DNA from: Naegleria gruberi
Taxonomy: Eukaryota
Direction: 5' to 3' (one strand)
DNA length: 64,000 bases
NCBI GenBank assembly: GCA_000004985.1
Contig: GG738845.1
Under the pieces are notes generated by a model. The model made no database searches, had not been told where the DNA came from, and saw nothing but the letters and a program-made list of their open reading frames with translations. Shown piece by piece: positions 44,222 to 56,218 of the stretch. The position numbers were made by a program, and so were the translations under genes. Position 1 is the stretch's first letter, and each line of letters opens with the position of its first letter.

Positions 44222-45292
44222 ATGGTTCTCTGGTTAGATAAACATCGTCCAATGTCATTGGAAAAGATGCAAATCCACAAAGAAGTCTCTGAACAATTAA
44301 TGAATATAACCAAGAGTGGAGATTTTCCTCATCTTTTAATTCATGGACCATCAGGAGCAGGTAAAAAGACTAGAATACAAGCACTCCTTCGTGAAATATA
44401 TAACAACAAGATTGACAAAGTTAAATTAGAAAATAAGGATGTTTCTGTAGGATCGGATGGATCAAAGACTATCACAGTGACTGCACTTTCTAGTGGATAT
44501 CATTTAGAAATTACACCAAGTGATAGTGGATATTATGATAAATATGTTGTTGCTAATATGATCAAGGAAGTAGCAGAGACTGATTCTGTTGATTTTCTCT
44601 CTACTGGTAGTAGTGCTTCATCACATTTAAAAGTTATTGTTTTACATGAAGTTGATAGTTTAACAAGAGAAGCTCAACAAGCCTTGAGAAGAATTATGGA
44701 AAAGTATTCGAAATCATGTCGTTTAATTTTATGTGCCAATTCAACTTCAAAGATTATTCCACCAATTAGAAGTAGATGTATGGCTGTTAGAATACCAGCT
44801 CCTTCTGATGAAGAAATTTCAACAGTTTTACAATTTGTTGCCAAGAAGGAAAATATCAAACTCGTTCCAGAAATTACACAACAAATTTGTGAAAAATGTG
44901 ATGGTAATATGAGAAGAGCTCTATTAATGCTAGAAAGTGCCAAAGTAGAACAATATCCATTCACAAAAGATCAACAAGTTAAATTACCTGGTTGGGAGAA
45001 ATTTGTTGAGGAAATTGCTAAATCTATTATTGCTGATCAAACACCACAAACTCTTTTGAAAATTAGAGATGATTTCTTCCTTTTATTAACAAATTGTATA
45101 GCTCCAGATATTATTTTCAAGACTTTATTATTGAAATTATTGGATTTATTAGATGGTGAACAAGCACATCAAGTTATTGAATTGGCTGCTAAATTTGAAC
45201 ATAGAATGAAATGTGGTTCAAAACCTATTTTCCATCTTGAAGCATTTGTTGCCTCTGTAATGAGTCTTTGTCAATCCATGTTTAGTTTTTAA
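44222..45292 (+). CDS. rfc3: Replication factor C subunit 3 (RFC3/38 kDa; yeast Rfc5), single exon, 356 aa
   Basis: It can be aligned with human RFC3 across nearly its full length (MSLWVDKYRP..GDFPHLLVYGPSGAGKKTRI.., SRCLAVRVPAPS, YHLEAFVA). Confidence 0.9.
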   Translation: MVLWLDKHRPMSLEKMQIHKEVSEQLMNITKSGDFPHLLIHGPSGAGKKTRIQALLREIYNNKIDKVKLENKDVSVGSDGSKTITVTALSSGYHLEITPSDSGYYDKYVVANMIKEVAETDSVDFLSTGSSASSHLKVIVLHEVDSLTREAQQALRRIMEKYSKSCRLILCANSTSKIIPPIRSRCMAVRIPAPSDEEISTVLQFVAKKENIKLVPEITQQICEKCDGNMRRALLMLESAKVEQYPFTKDQQVKLPGWEKFVEEIAKSIIADQTPQTLLKIRDDFFLLLTNCIAPDIIFKTLLLKLLDLLDGEQAHQVIELAAKFEHRMKCGSKPIFHLEAFVASVMSLCQSMFSF

Positions 45293-45345
45293 TTTATTTC
45301 AATAAATCATTAATATTTATTCAAATTTCATAACGAGCAAGAAAC

Positions 45346-45353
45346 GCGCCAAA
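45346..45353 (-). promoter_or_regulatory. E2F-type site (plus GCGCCAAA = minus TTTGGCGC), 42-49 bp upstream of the RecQ ATG and 54 bp after the RFC3 stop
   Basis: It reads aaacgcgccaaaatcc and is an exact TTTSSCGC match on the minus strand. Confidence 0.45.
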
Positions 45354-45394
45354 ATCCTTCCACCAAAAAGTCGAAATGAAAATATTAAAAAAAT

Positions 45395-48046
45395 ATGAAG
45401 AAAACAAGTCCAGCATCAAGTAATTCAAAAGTGCAAAGCAAACTCTCCTTCAAAAAGCCGACCCCAACTTCCTCTACGGAAGAAAAGAAAATTCCAACAC
45501 CCAATGATAAGAATAATGTAATAGTTTTAGAGGATGATGAATTTGATGATATTGATTTTAGTGACGTTATTAGTGATAAATCTCCACCACCACCACCAAT
45601 GAGTTCATCACAACAAGGAGGTTCATCCCAAACATTTATCATACCAAAGAATCACTCGGTGAAACCTGCTCTTAAATTATCACAACCTTCGGGATCCCGA
45701 AGTAATAATAATACTTTAAAATCATCAGAAGCCTCTTCTTTAACAATAGAATCCTTCAATATTGACAGTGATGAAGATATTGAAAAATCAATGCACTTGA
45801 CTTTGAAAAAGTATTTTAAATTGGAAGAATTTCGTCCAAATCAATTTGAAATTATTTTCAATCTTGTTAAAAACAAACAAGATACACTTGTCATATTACC
45901 TACTGGTGGTGGTAAAAGTTTATGTTATCAATTACCTTCATTAATTTTACCTGGTGTTACTCTTGTTGTTTCTCCATTGATTTCTTTAATGCACAATCAA
46001 GTACAAGCACTTGATCATTTATCAATTCCTTCAAATTATTGGAATTCAAGTCAGAAAAAGTCAGAAATTCAAAAAATTCAATCAGATTTAGAATCTGGAA
46101 ATCCAAATTACAAACTTTTATATGTAACACCTGAATTATTAACAAGTAATCAAACATTTCAATCTATAATGAGATTATTAGCGAGTAGAGATCAATTATC
46201 TTTAATAGCTATCGATGAATCACATTGTATTTCATCATGGTAAGTAGTAATAGTTGTGTTTAAATAATTTCAAACTCTTTTAGGGGACATGATTTTAGAA
46301 AATCATTCAGACAATTGAATTTCCTCAAAGATACATTTCCTCAAGTTCCAATTATTGCCTTAACTGCAACTGCAACTGAAAAAGTAAGATCAGATATTGT
46401 TGAAAGTCTGAAAATGAGAAATCCTAAATGCTTTATTACCTCATTCAACAGACCTAATATTTCATATGAAATTAGATATAAGGATATATTACATAATCCA
46501 TATGAAGATTTACGTAATTTTTTAAATGAACATGCCCAAGAATGTGGTATTATTTATTGTAGAACTAGAAATCAAGTCGATGAACTTGTATTACAATTAT
46601 CAATGGAAAAGGATAAAGGTGGTAAAGACTTGTTCTCATGTAAATCATATCATGCTGGATTGAAATTGAGCGAAAGAAAAACAGTTCAAACTGATTGGTT
46701 AGAAGGAAAAACTAAAATAATTGTTGGTACAATTGCTTATGGTATGGGTATTGATAAGAAGGATGTTAGATTTGTTGTAGTAAGTTTTTGTGAATTTTTC
46801 ATTATCTTGAGTTTAGAACCTCTCACATTTTATTACCCAACTGCTTCTTTTTTTACATTTTAGCACTATGGTATGCCAAAATCATTAGAAGGATTTTATC
46901 AAGAGTCAGGAAGAGCTGGTAGAGATGGTAAAAAAGCTAAAAGTTTGCTCTATTATTGTAGTAGAGAAAAGAATTCAATTCAATTCTTAATTTCTAGAGA
47001 AGAAAAATTAACTCAGGATCGTATTCTTGCTGTTGAACAGGTAAGTAACTTCATATGATTGGGAGTTCATTCTACTTCTTTAGGGGTTTAATAAGGTTTG
47101 TGAAATGTGTGAAACTGCTTGTTGTAGAAGAAAATTTGTATTGGAATTCTTTGGTGAAAGTTATGATCCGGCAAAACCTCATGGAATCACAACTGTCACA
47201 TCACCTATTAAATCTAAACAACAACAACAACCAAAACAATCCAATGTTAAGGCAACACTTAAATTATCAAAACCAAATACAACATTAGCACCATCAACAC
47301 CACCTAAAAAGACATCTAATCAACCATCTAAAAGTGGTGTTATTGAAATAATTCCACAAATTAAGGGTGTTGAATATGTAGAAACTTGTTGTGATTATTG
47401 TGCAAACCCAAAGAAGAAGGCTGAGGAAATTAATAATGCATCATTTACTTATAATCCAAGAAGTGGAGGTGGTAGTGGTGGTGGTGGATTAGGCACCAAA
47501 ATGGCAGATGAATTTATTGCTTCTGCAAGTGAATTCGACGATGCTATTGAAGAATTTCACGATGATGATTATGATGAATTTGATGGATTAGATATGGAAG
47601 AAGCAAGAAGATCAGAAGAACGTGATCAAAACTCATTCATTAATAGATATAGGAAACAAATGGGAATAACTGATAATTCAATGATAACTCGATCAAGTCA
47701 TACACTCACAAAAACAAAACCAACTCCACAACAAGTGGAATTGAAACGAAAAAGAATGGAAGATAGTATTGATAATGTTTTAGATGCATTAGAAAAAGAA
47801 GAAAAGAAACAAAAGAGATCTTACAGTAAGAGTAAGAGTTCACTATTACCTTCCAAATCAAGTAGTTCCAACAATTTTGATTTGTCAAATAGTGGCGCTA
47901 GTGGTAGTGGTGGTGGTGGATTTGTTAAAGCAAGTACACTCCTTCCCACAACATCATCATATCGATCATCAGAGATGAGTAATCGATCCAAGACAACAAC
48001 AAATAGACCAAAGAGCAATTTGGAACGATTCATGTCAAAGAAGTAA
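45395..48046 (+). CDS. RecQ-family ATP-dependent DNA helicase, 4 exons: join(45395..46239,46284..46779,46864..47040,47084..48046), about 826 aa
   Basis: Helicase motifs are present: [17 protein letters not shown] (I), DESHCISSW|GHDFR (II, split by intron 1 in phase 2), [41 protein letters not shown]|[22 protein letters not shown] (VI), and the RQC zinc motif [20 protein letters not shown]. All donors are GTAAGT and the acceptors are YAG. Confidence 0.85.
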
Positions 48047-48531
48047 TATAACATTGAGTTTCTATTAATTTGCAAGTTGTTGTTTTGAACAATTTCACAA
48101 ATGAACCATCAATACACATCCACTTTCACAGTGTGACACTTTCTTATTAACATTTAAATGGAAAGTAAACAGGAAAGTATATCCATACTTTAAGGCAACT
48201 CTCTCTAAAATAGTCACATACAATTACTTGATTCAAACATCTATCAATTTTTTAATTACAATGTCTATGTCAATAATTTGCATCCGCCAATATTGGATGG
48301 ATGTCAACGAATGGTGTCCACAATAGTATGAATTTAAAAAAGTCCATTTTTAATCAAATTCGATTCGTTCTCCATTTTCATTGCATTTTACATTATTCTG
48401 TAATGATCACTCAATTTTCAACTCTCAAAACGATGACATCTCTAAGCCTTCATTTCATATAAAATTACATAACAAGCATGCTGTGTCCTACTAATGAGAA
48501 GCAATGATGAAACATTTATACAAGAAGAAAA

Positions 48532-48810
48532 ATGTCGTCATCTCTCCTCCATGTAATCAATACTAATCATTTTCAGCAGCTGCACAACAATGAAAACAAT
48601 CAACAAGAAGCGAGTTGTACTAATAGTAATAGTAGTAGTAGTACTAATAATGGTAGTAGTAGTAGTTATTCAACTATTACATCAATGAGTGGTGGCGGTG
48701 CCAGTATGGAGTCTATTAAATTGTATCCTCATTTGATATCATGTAATGATGATTCCTCGTTCAATAATGAACATTTAGTGACTACATTCTTCCAAAATCT
48801 CTTCAAATAA
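48532..48810 (+). CDS. Possible small low-complexity protein (92 aa)
   Basis: It is an ATG-initiated ORF in an intergenic gap. There is no homology signal, so it is speculative. Confidence 0.2.
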   Translation: MSSSLLHVINTNHFQQLHNNENNQQEASCTNSNSSSSTNNGSSSSYSTITSMSGGGASMESIKLYPHLISCNDDSSFNNEHLVTTFFQNLFK

Positions 48811-49072
48811 GAAAGATGATACCTCATGATTCTGAATTCTTCAATTATCAATAAAATTAATTTAAATTAAAATCAAACAACTTTTATGTCATCTTTAAGT
48901 GCTGTTCGAGGTAATGGATTTTCATTGCATAATGAAAAAGCTTTTGAAAATATTGAGAAAATAGATGGTAAAATTGTTAGTGTGAAACTTTGTAACAGTT
49001 CATGTGGTTTCTGATTCAGTGAATAAAATGTAATTGGAAAGGGATGAGTTATGAGAAACTGAAATTGATTAC

Positions 49073-50203
49073 ATGATTTTACAAAAACAAGCTGATTGTA
49101 TTCACTTCTCTGGTGCAATTACAAGAGTTGCCTATTTTCAAAAGAAACTCAGAGAATATGTTAGCCAAGAACGGTTACAACATATTAAGAAAGAGCTCAC
49201 TCCCTACTTGAAAGATGAATTTTTAAACAAGCCAATTCCACATTGTCAATTTTTATGTGAAACCACTGGTGAGAGTGCTCTATTATCAGGAGCTGAAGAA
49301 ATGTTAAATTCATCCCTTGAAAATGAATCAACAACAATAACATCACCTGTAGTAGTACCAATTATTTTCAGAGAGGCCAATGAATTGAACACTTTACCTG
49401 TTAGTTATTTAGAACAATTTGTTCCTGCCATGTTATATGAAGATGAATCAAAAGGTAAAAAGATTGAGAAAAAGATTGTACTGAGAGAATCATTACTTGA
49501 TATGTATATCAAACAGGATACTGAAATATTTCTAATCAAATTCAGTCCTTTAATTGATACTAAAAAGATTACATCCATTAATTTTAATAATTTCACACAA
49601 GTTGGAATTATTGAATTTCTACGATTTACTAATTTAATTATTTGTTTTGATCATACTAAAATTCAAACATCAGTATTAGAATTTTTCATTAAATTAGAAT
49701 TGGAAGAAGAACATTTAATTGTTAAAATTTACTATACAAAGAACAATTCCTTCTATAAGAGTGAAATTAGAATTGAAAAGAAGGGAAGAACTGAAAGAAT
49801 TTCAATTAATGACTCTGCAGAACTCATATTTAAAACAAGAGAAGATGAATCAAGAACTTGGTACGGTGTATATTATGATACATTGAGTATTATCTCAGCA
49901 TCTTCAAGTGTTTCAATTTCCAAGGAGATTATTGCACAACATGTTGGAAAACAAGTTGCCAAAGCATTGAAACCGGACAAGAAATTATTAACCATTCCAA
50001 GTACTCATCCAAAAGATGAGGAATTTGTGAAAAAACAATTGGCTAAATGTGCAGTTTGTAGAGAGACAACATATTACAAGACTAGATTTCCTATTTCATA
50101 CAAGACACTTCCAAATTATAGGTCCTTATTTGATGATAGTTCAATTAATATTGGTCTTTGTTGTCCAAAATGTTACAATCGTTACAGAGAACTAAAGAAA
50201 TGA
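49073..50203 (+). CDS. Hypothetical protein (376 aa) with C-terminal Cys-rich zinc-finger-like motif (CAVC...CCPKC)
   Basis: It is a long ORF with an ATG start. A possible short upstream exon lies at 48887 (MSSLSAVRG...), but that is not resolved. Confidence 0.5.
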   Translation: MILQKQADCIHFSGAITRVAYFQKKLREYVSQERLQHIKKELTPYLKDEFLNKPIPHCQFLCETTGESALLSGAEEMLNSSLENESTTITSPVVVPIIFREANELNTLPVSYLEQFVPAMLYEDESKGKKIEKKIVLRESLLDMYIKQDTEIFLIKFSPLIDTKKITSINFNNFTQVGIIEFLRFTNLIICFDHTKIQTSVLEFFIKLELEEEHLIVKIYYTKNNSFYKSEIRIEKKGRTERISINDSAELIFKTREDESRTWYGVYYDTLSIISASSSVSISKEIIAQHVGKQVAKALKPDKKLLTIPSTHPKDEEFVKKQLAKCAVCRETTYYKTRFPISYKTLPNYRSLFDDSSINIGLCCPKCYNRYRELKK

Positions 50204-50617
50204 ACAAAGCTTTTAAAAACTTTTGGCTTGAAAAATAGGTTCATTATAAATACCATTTTAAAGATAGCTACTTAATAAGAACCTAATATTATACTATTTA
50301 TTAAATTAAATTGATGATGATTGTGCAGTGTTGAATTTTCATGTTTTAGGATTTATCATTGGATGAAATAATTAATAACGATCATTCCCACATGAAAAAT
50401 CAAGCTAAAAAACACTAAATATGGCTACCGATATCGAGATATGTGATATCGAGATGAAAGCACCTCATTACATCCTTCAAGTTGAATCAATGTGATGCAA
50501 AATGTCAAACCTTTCAAGTTTGTTCAATTAATGATGTTTCATTCTAAACAATTCTTAAACCATTCAATCCAAATTCATCAACAGATGGTTCTAATAGTGA
50601 TGCACTTGAAAACAATT

Positions 50618-50746
50618 AACAACAATAGAATCCTTCAATATTGATAGTGATGAAAATATTGAAAAATCAATGCACTTGAAAAAGTATTTTAATTTGGACG
50701 AATTTCGTCCAAATCACTTTGAAATTAATTTTCATTAAAATTAAAA
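50618..50746 (+). pseudogene. Duplicated fragment of RecQ exon 1 (about 90% identical to 45738..45870, with a 6-bp deletion)
   Basis: aacaatagaatccttcaatattgatagtgatgaaaatattgaaaaatcaatgcacttgaaaaagtattttaatttggacgaatttcgtccaaatcactttgaaatt matches aacaatagaatccttcaatattgacagtgatgaagatattgaaaaatcaatgcacttgactttgaaaaagtattttaaattggaagaatttcgtccaaatcaatttgaaatt in RecQ. Confidence 0.6.
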
Positions 50747-50780
50747 TTTATCATCATTGTGCTAATAACGTTTTTTAAAA

Positions 50781-53423
50781 ATGCGTTCATTTCATCATCA
50801 GCCTACTCGACTACTCAACAATAGTAGTGATGATCAACAACTCGAAAAACATCAGCAACAGCAACAACATAGTTGGGGACCACTGCTTCAACCTCCAATA
50901 ACAAATAGTAACAATCGGAGATTATCAGGTAATATTCATTATCAACAACTGCAACAACAACAGCATCCACCACAATATAATCATCCTCACCAACATCAAC
51001 AACAACAAATAACTTCATCACCTTTATATTCTAGTCATGATAATATACTTTCTAATTTTTCATCACAAAATTCAGCCTTTAAACTTGTACCTAAAGTTGA
51101 TCATCATCAACAACAACAAGAAGATTTCCCAAATAATTCATCTTTTAGTAAAATAATATTAATACCACCCGATAAACAAAGACCTTTTAATTTATTACAC
51201 ATGACAACATTGGGATTAAAAAGTACATTTTCATCTATTAAATATAAAACTAATTTATCACAAGTTATTGATTTGAATAAATCATCTTCATCTTTAAAAG
51301 TATCATCATCAACAACATCAGTATCAGCATCATTATCAACTAGTAGTAGTATGAGTAGTAGTATGAGTAATAGTAGAAATAATGAAATAATATTGAATGG
51401 TATAAATAGTGATGAATTTCCATTAAATTATTTTACAGATAATGATAATGAAGGATCAATAATACTTCCACAACATAAACATGTTAGAAAGTGGCCACTT
51501 TTATTTAGAAGATTTAAATTTATTTCCTTATTAGGACAAGGTCGATTTTCCAAAGTTGTACTATGTGAAGATTTATTTCAATCCAATAGAAGGGTTGCAA
51601 TTAAAATTATGAATCAAAAATCAAATGAAATTGGAATACAAGAGTCATTACATTATTTTTCTATAAAATTCTAAAATTCTAATAATATAAATGGAAATAA
51701 TTCTAATAATAATTCTAATATATTACAATTATATTTAACTTTTTATTTTTGTGGACATTTTTGTCTAGTATTTGAAGAATTAGGAGAAACATTATTAAAT
51801 TACATACAAAGATATCAACCATATACAATTAAAATGGAAATATTAAAGAAAATAACATTACAATTAATAATAGGATTATTAATATTAAAACAAAATAATA
51901 TAATTCATACAGATTTAAAACCTGAAAATATTTTAATGAAAAAATTAAATTCATCAAAATTAAAAATTGCTGATTTTGGAAATGCAATTAATTATTTAGA
52001 TAAATATCATTTAAATTTAAATATAGGAAGACAATTACAAACTTTATTTTATAGATCACCTGAAGTTATATTTGGAAATTCAATAATTGATTTTCAAATG
52101 GATATGTGGTCAATTGGATGTATAATTGTTGAATGTTTTATTGGTAATCCTTTATTTAATGCAAATAATTTAAATCAATTAATTAATCAAATGTTAAATT
52201 TACTTGGTCCTTTACCTTTAAATTTATTTAAAAATAATAATTTAAATAATAATTTAAATACAACTAATTTAAATAATAGTAGTAATAATATAAATAATAT
52301 AAATAATATAAATAATAATATTTATGAAAATAGTAACAAATCAAGTTATTCATTTAGTAAGAAACATTTAAAATTAAGTAAATTAATGAGATTAAGATCA
52401 AATGATTATCAATTTGTATCATTTATTACTTCTATATTAGAATATGATCCTAAAAAAAGATTAACACCTGAAAAGGCATTATTTCATCCTTTTTTAAATT
52501 CTGTATTTCCATTTTCATTAAATATGATTTACAATATTAATAATAATTTACATAATAATAATAATTTAAATAATTCTATTGATTCTCAAGCTATTATTAT
52601 TAACAATAATAGACAAGAAGAAGAAGAGCAACAACAATTAATTTATGATAATAGTTTAATAGCATCTCATAATAATAATAGTAATATTGGCAATGTTGGC
52701 AATGTTGGTAATAATCATGTGAATATTACAATGGCATCATTAGCTCCAAAACATTCATTATCATATCAACAACAACAACAACAACAATCAATAACGACGA
52801 CGAATCAAACACAACTGCAGCAGCAGCAACAACAACAACCCTATCATACAATGTTCTCTTCTTCAACAAGTTCAAGTGATTTGAGTTCTCCAACTCATAA
52901 CAAACAACAACAACAACAATATATTTCACCTCATCAACAAGGACACTATGTAAATATGCCATCACCATCATCCTATCAACCATCCTCTAAGAAAATTAAA
53001 TTATCACATCGAGAATATTCTAAACCTCAAATATCTCAATCATCATCTCATCTAAATCACCAACATAATCAAATTATCAATCAAGTAACAACAACACCAC
53101 CACCACAACCACAATTACCACAAATATATAACTCCTCCTCCTCATCTAATCAACAACAACCTAGTTCATCATCTAGTACACAATTATTTATTCCTCCTCC
53201 ATCTCCATCTACTACTGTAATAACAACAGGTACAACACATGTTGTTTCTCAATCAACACCAATTATCATTCCACAACCACCTAAGAAAGTACTTCCTCTA
53301 GCTCCACCTAAAAGACATGCATGTGAAAAATGTGGAAGTCAATTTATTGAACTTTCTCATTCACCTAATAATTATACCATCAGATGTAAACATTGTAGAC
53401 ATATATTTATTAAGAATAAATAG
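50781..53423 (+). CDS. DYRK-like (CMGC) protein kinase with long N/Q/S-rich N- and C-terminal regions, whose reading frame is interrupted by one in-frame TAA at 51672..51674
   Basis: Kinase motifs are present: LGQGRFSKVVLCED...RVAIKIM (subdomains I-II), HFCLVFEELGETLLNYI, IIHTDLKPENILM, KIADFGNA, and RQLQTLFYRSPEVIFG (the DYRK-type activation loop). The two listed ORFs are in the same frame and are separated only by the TAA. The intervening sequence has no GT or GC donor, so I could not construct a canonical intron. Confidence 0.6.
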
Positions 53424-53976
53424 TCTGTAATTTTTCTTAAAAAGTTTTAAATCTGGAACCAGGAAAAGCTTGATTCGTTTAATACGGCACACTTCTAACA
53501 GTATTTCAATACAATGACAATACCCTACAGACAGGCACTCCGGATTGACCCATGCATTTAATTAGCCAAACTTCAAGGCAGTGTTGTGGTAGTTGACTCA
53601 ATTACGCCTGAAAACCTTTTCTCAAGAATTTCCACCAGTGTCGTTGTATTGTCTTTCATGGGTAAAATTTTCCATAATATAGTCTCAATATTTAACCTTA
53701 ATTATTATTTTAAATAACAATTCTCCTTTAAATATAACTAATACCCACATTGTCAAAGAAATTTAATTCACATCAACGTCAAAATCAATGACAAGTAGAG
53801 TTTTGTTGTGATGCAAGTTTTAATTCTCTCAAACTAGAAATAGATGTATTATGAATCTCAAGACTTTTAATATTAGAATGATAAATCTCTTTCAAAGTAG
53901 AGGCACAAAATTTGTACTAATGTTATTTCGTATTCGAAACATGGATTTGAAACGTTCTCGAATAAGTAAACTCAAT

Positions 53977-54327
53977 TTAAATCCTAACTAGAGGATCTGT
54001 ATTCGGTAGTTGTTCGAATTTATCAATTTTTCTGGTATACAGTTGACCTGAACGAACAAAACAATACACTCTTACAAAAACTTCTGTATTGATAAGACCA
54101 GTGTCTTCTATATCCCACAACTTTCTAATTGCTGTTGCTTGCTTTTTTCTTATTCCTAATGATTGTAATGCTAGTTTGAATTCATTACTATTCAACAGAC
54201 CATCAGTATCTTTATCAAACTTTACAAGTAAATCTTGTGCTTGTTCTTTCAGTTGGTTAATGTTATTAAATGCATCTCTTGAGGCAATGATTCCATCTGG
54301 AACCCACAATGGGAGCTTTTCATACAT
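53977..54327 (-). CDS. Small EF-hand calcium-binding protein (116 aa)
   Basis: It has the canonical loop DKDTDGLLNSNEF (DxDxDG...E) flanked by helices, and a second degenerate EF-hand downstream. Confidence 0.55.
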   Translation of the reverse strand: MYEKLPLWVPDGIIASRDAFNNINQLKEQAQDLLVKFDKDTDGLLNSNEFKLALQSLGIRKKQATAIRKLWDIEDTGLINTEVFVRVYCFVRSGQLYTRKIDKFEQLPNTDPLVRI

Positions 54328-54574
54328 TTTTTTTAATGTGTAAAGTATTCATTAGTCAGTTGTTAAATATATTTTAGGAGAAAGGTCAAAATTACACATT
54401 TCCTTTTTGGTAAAGATTTAAGTATTTGAGATTGTTATCTATTTTTTTTTAGAAGGAAGGGTCAGTTCAACGAGTTATTTTGATAAATTGAATTTGAAGT
54501 ATAAAAATATTGAGGAAGAAAAGGATTGAATGTAATTCTGTATTATTATTTCAAATTAAGTTAGATGATTGAAA

Positions 54575-56187
54575 TTATTCATCATCATCATCCTCTTCCT
54601 CTTGTTCTTCAATTTCATCCTCTTCTACTTCCTCTGCTTCATCATCCATAAAATCTTCCTCATTAGGTAATGATTTAGTAATATCATAATTTGAAATATC
54701 ATCTTCTTGATTGGATTTTCTTATAACAATAAAATCTTCAAGTGATTCATGTTGATTGAAAATATCATCATCTTCATCTAACATGGTTTCTTTTGGACTT
54801 TCAGCTGCCAAACTTTCCTCAAATACTTGTTCAATTGGATCATTATCATCCTCCATTAAGACAATTGGTTTTTTCTTCTTTTTGGATGATTCAGTTTTAT
54901 CTTTCTTTTTCTTCTTTTTCTTTTCAGTTTCTTCCTCTTCTTCATTTTCATCTGATTTCTTTTTCTTCTTCTTTTTCTTTTTCTTTTCTTCACCATCATC
55001 ATCATCTTGGTCATCTTGATCTGATTTTTTCTTTTTCTTCTTTTTCTTCTTCTTTGGTTCTTCCTCTTCTTCATTATCTTCATTTTCCTCTGATTTCTTC
55101 TTCTTTTTCTTTTTCTTTTCAGATTTTTTCTTTTTCTTTTTAGGTTCATCCTCTTCCTCATTATCATCATGTTGTACTTCCTCTTCATTTTCATCATTCT
55201 CATCATTCTCATCATCTCCAGGTGTTCTCTTTCTCTTTTTCTTATCTGATGATGATGAATCAATTAATTGTGAATAAAAATGTTGAGATGAAGCCTCCTT
55301 TCCAGTAACATCTCTATCAGTAATAACAGAAATGGTAATTGCATTTTCAACACCATTTTGTTTTAAAATGACTTTGGTTTTTAAATTACAAGATTCCAAA
55401 TCCTTTTTAATTTTTGGAATAATTTTAGCTAAACTCTTATTTAAAGATAATTTTCTATCAATACAAATAGTTTGAACTTGTCTATTAGCTCTATTTAAAT
55501 TTGTAAATATTTTTATAACAATTTCCTTATTAATTTTTAAATATTTTCCTAAAAATCTAATTAATTTTAAAAAATTATTTAATAATAATTTAGAACCCAT
55601 TAAAGTTGCTTGTAATAATTGTGGTGTTGATTTTACACTTTTAGTAAGTGATGTTAAAAGTTTATAAAAATTTATAACTTGAAGAATTCGTTTTAAATTT
55701 TTTGTTACTTGATTTTCTTTCCATTCCAATAATTCTTGATTTGATATTTTATTTGATAATTCAATAAATATCTTTTTTATACATATTGGTATGGTTATTT
55801 TAGTTATATTTGGAAAATTAAAATCTAAATGTTGTTTAGGTTCATTGCTTTCATTATTTTCATCATTTAATTTCTCTTTTAAACATTCAATTAATTCACT
55901 TGTTCCTGTAATCCAACTTCCAAATGAAATTAAACCAGAAATTAAATTACCAAGTGATTCACTTTTAATAATACTTGGAAATGGTGTTTGTAATAAATGT
56001 TTAGATATTCCTTGTAAATCAATTTTTAATTTTGTTATATCACTTTTAATTACAATAGATTTTAATAATTCAAATAATTTATAACAAATATCAAATGTAT
56101 TTAATTCTAATATTAATTCTTTAATAGAATTATAAAATATTTCAATTAATTCTTCTGAATCTTTATCTGCTAAATCATTATCATCCA

Positions 56188-56218
<31 letters not shown>

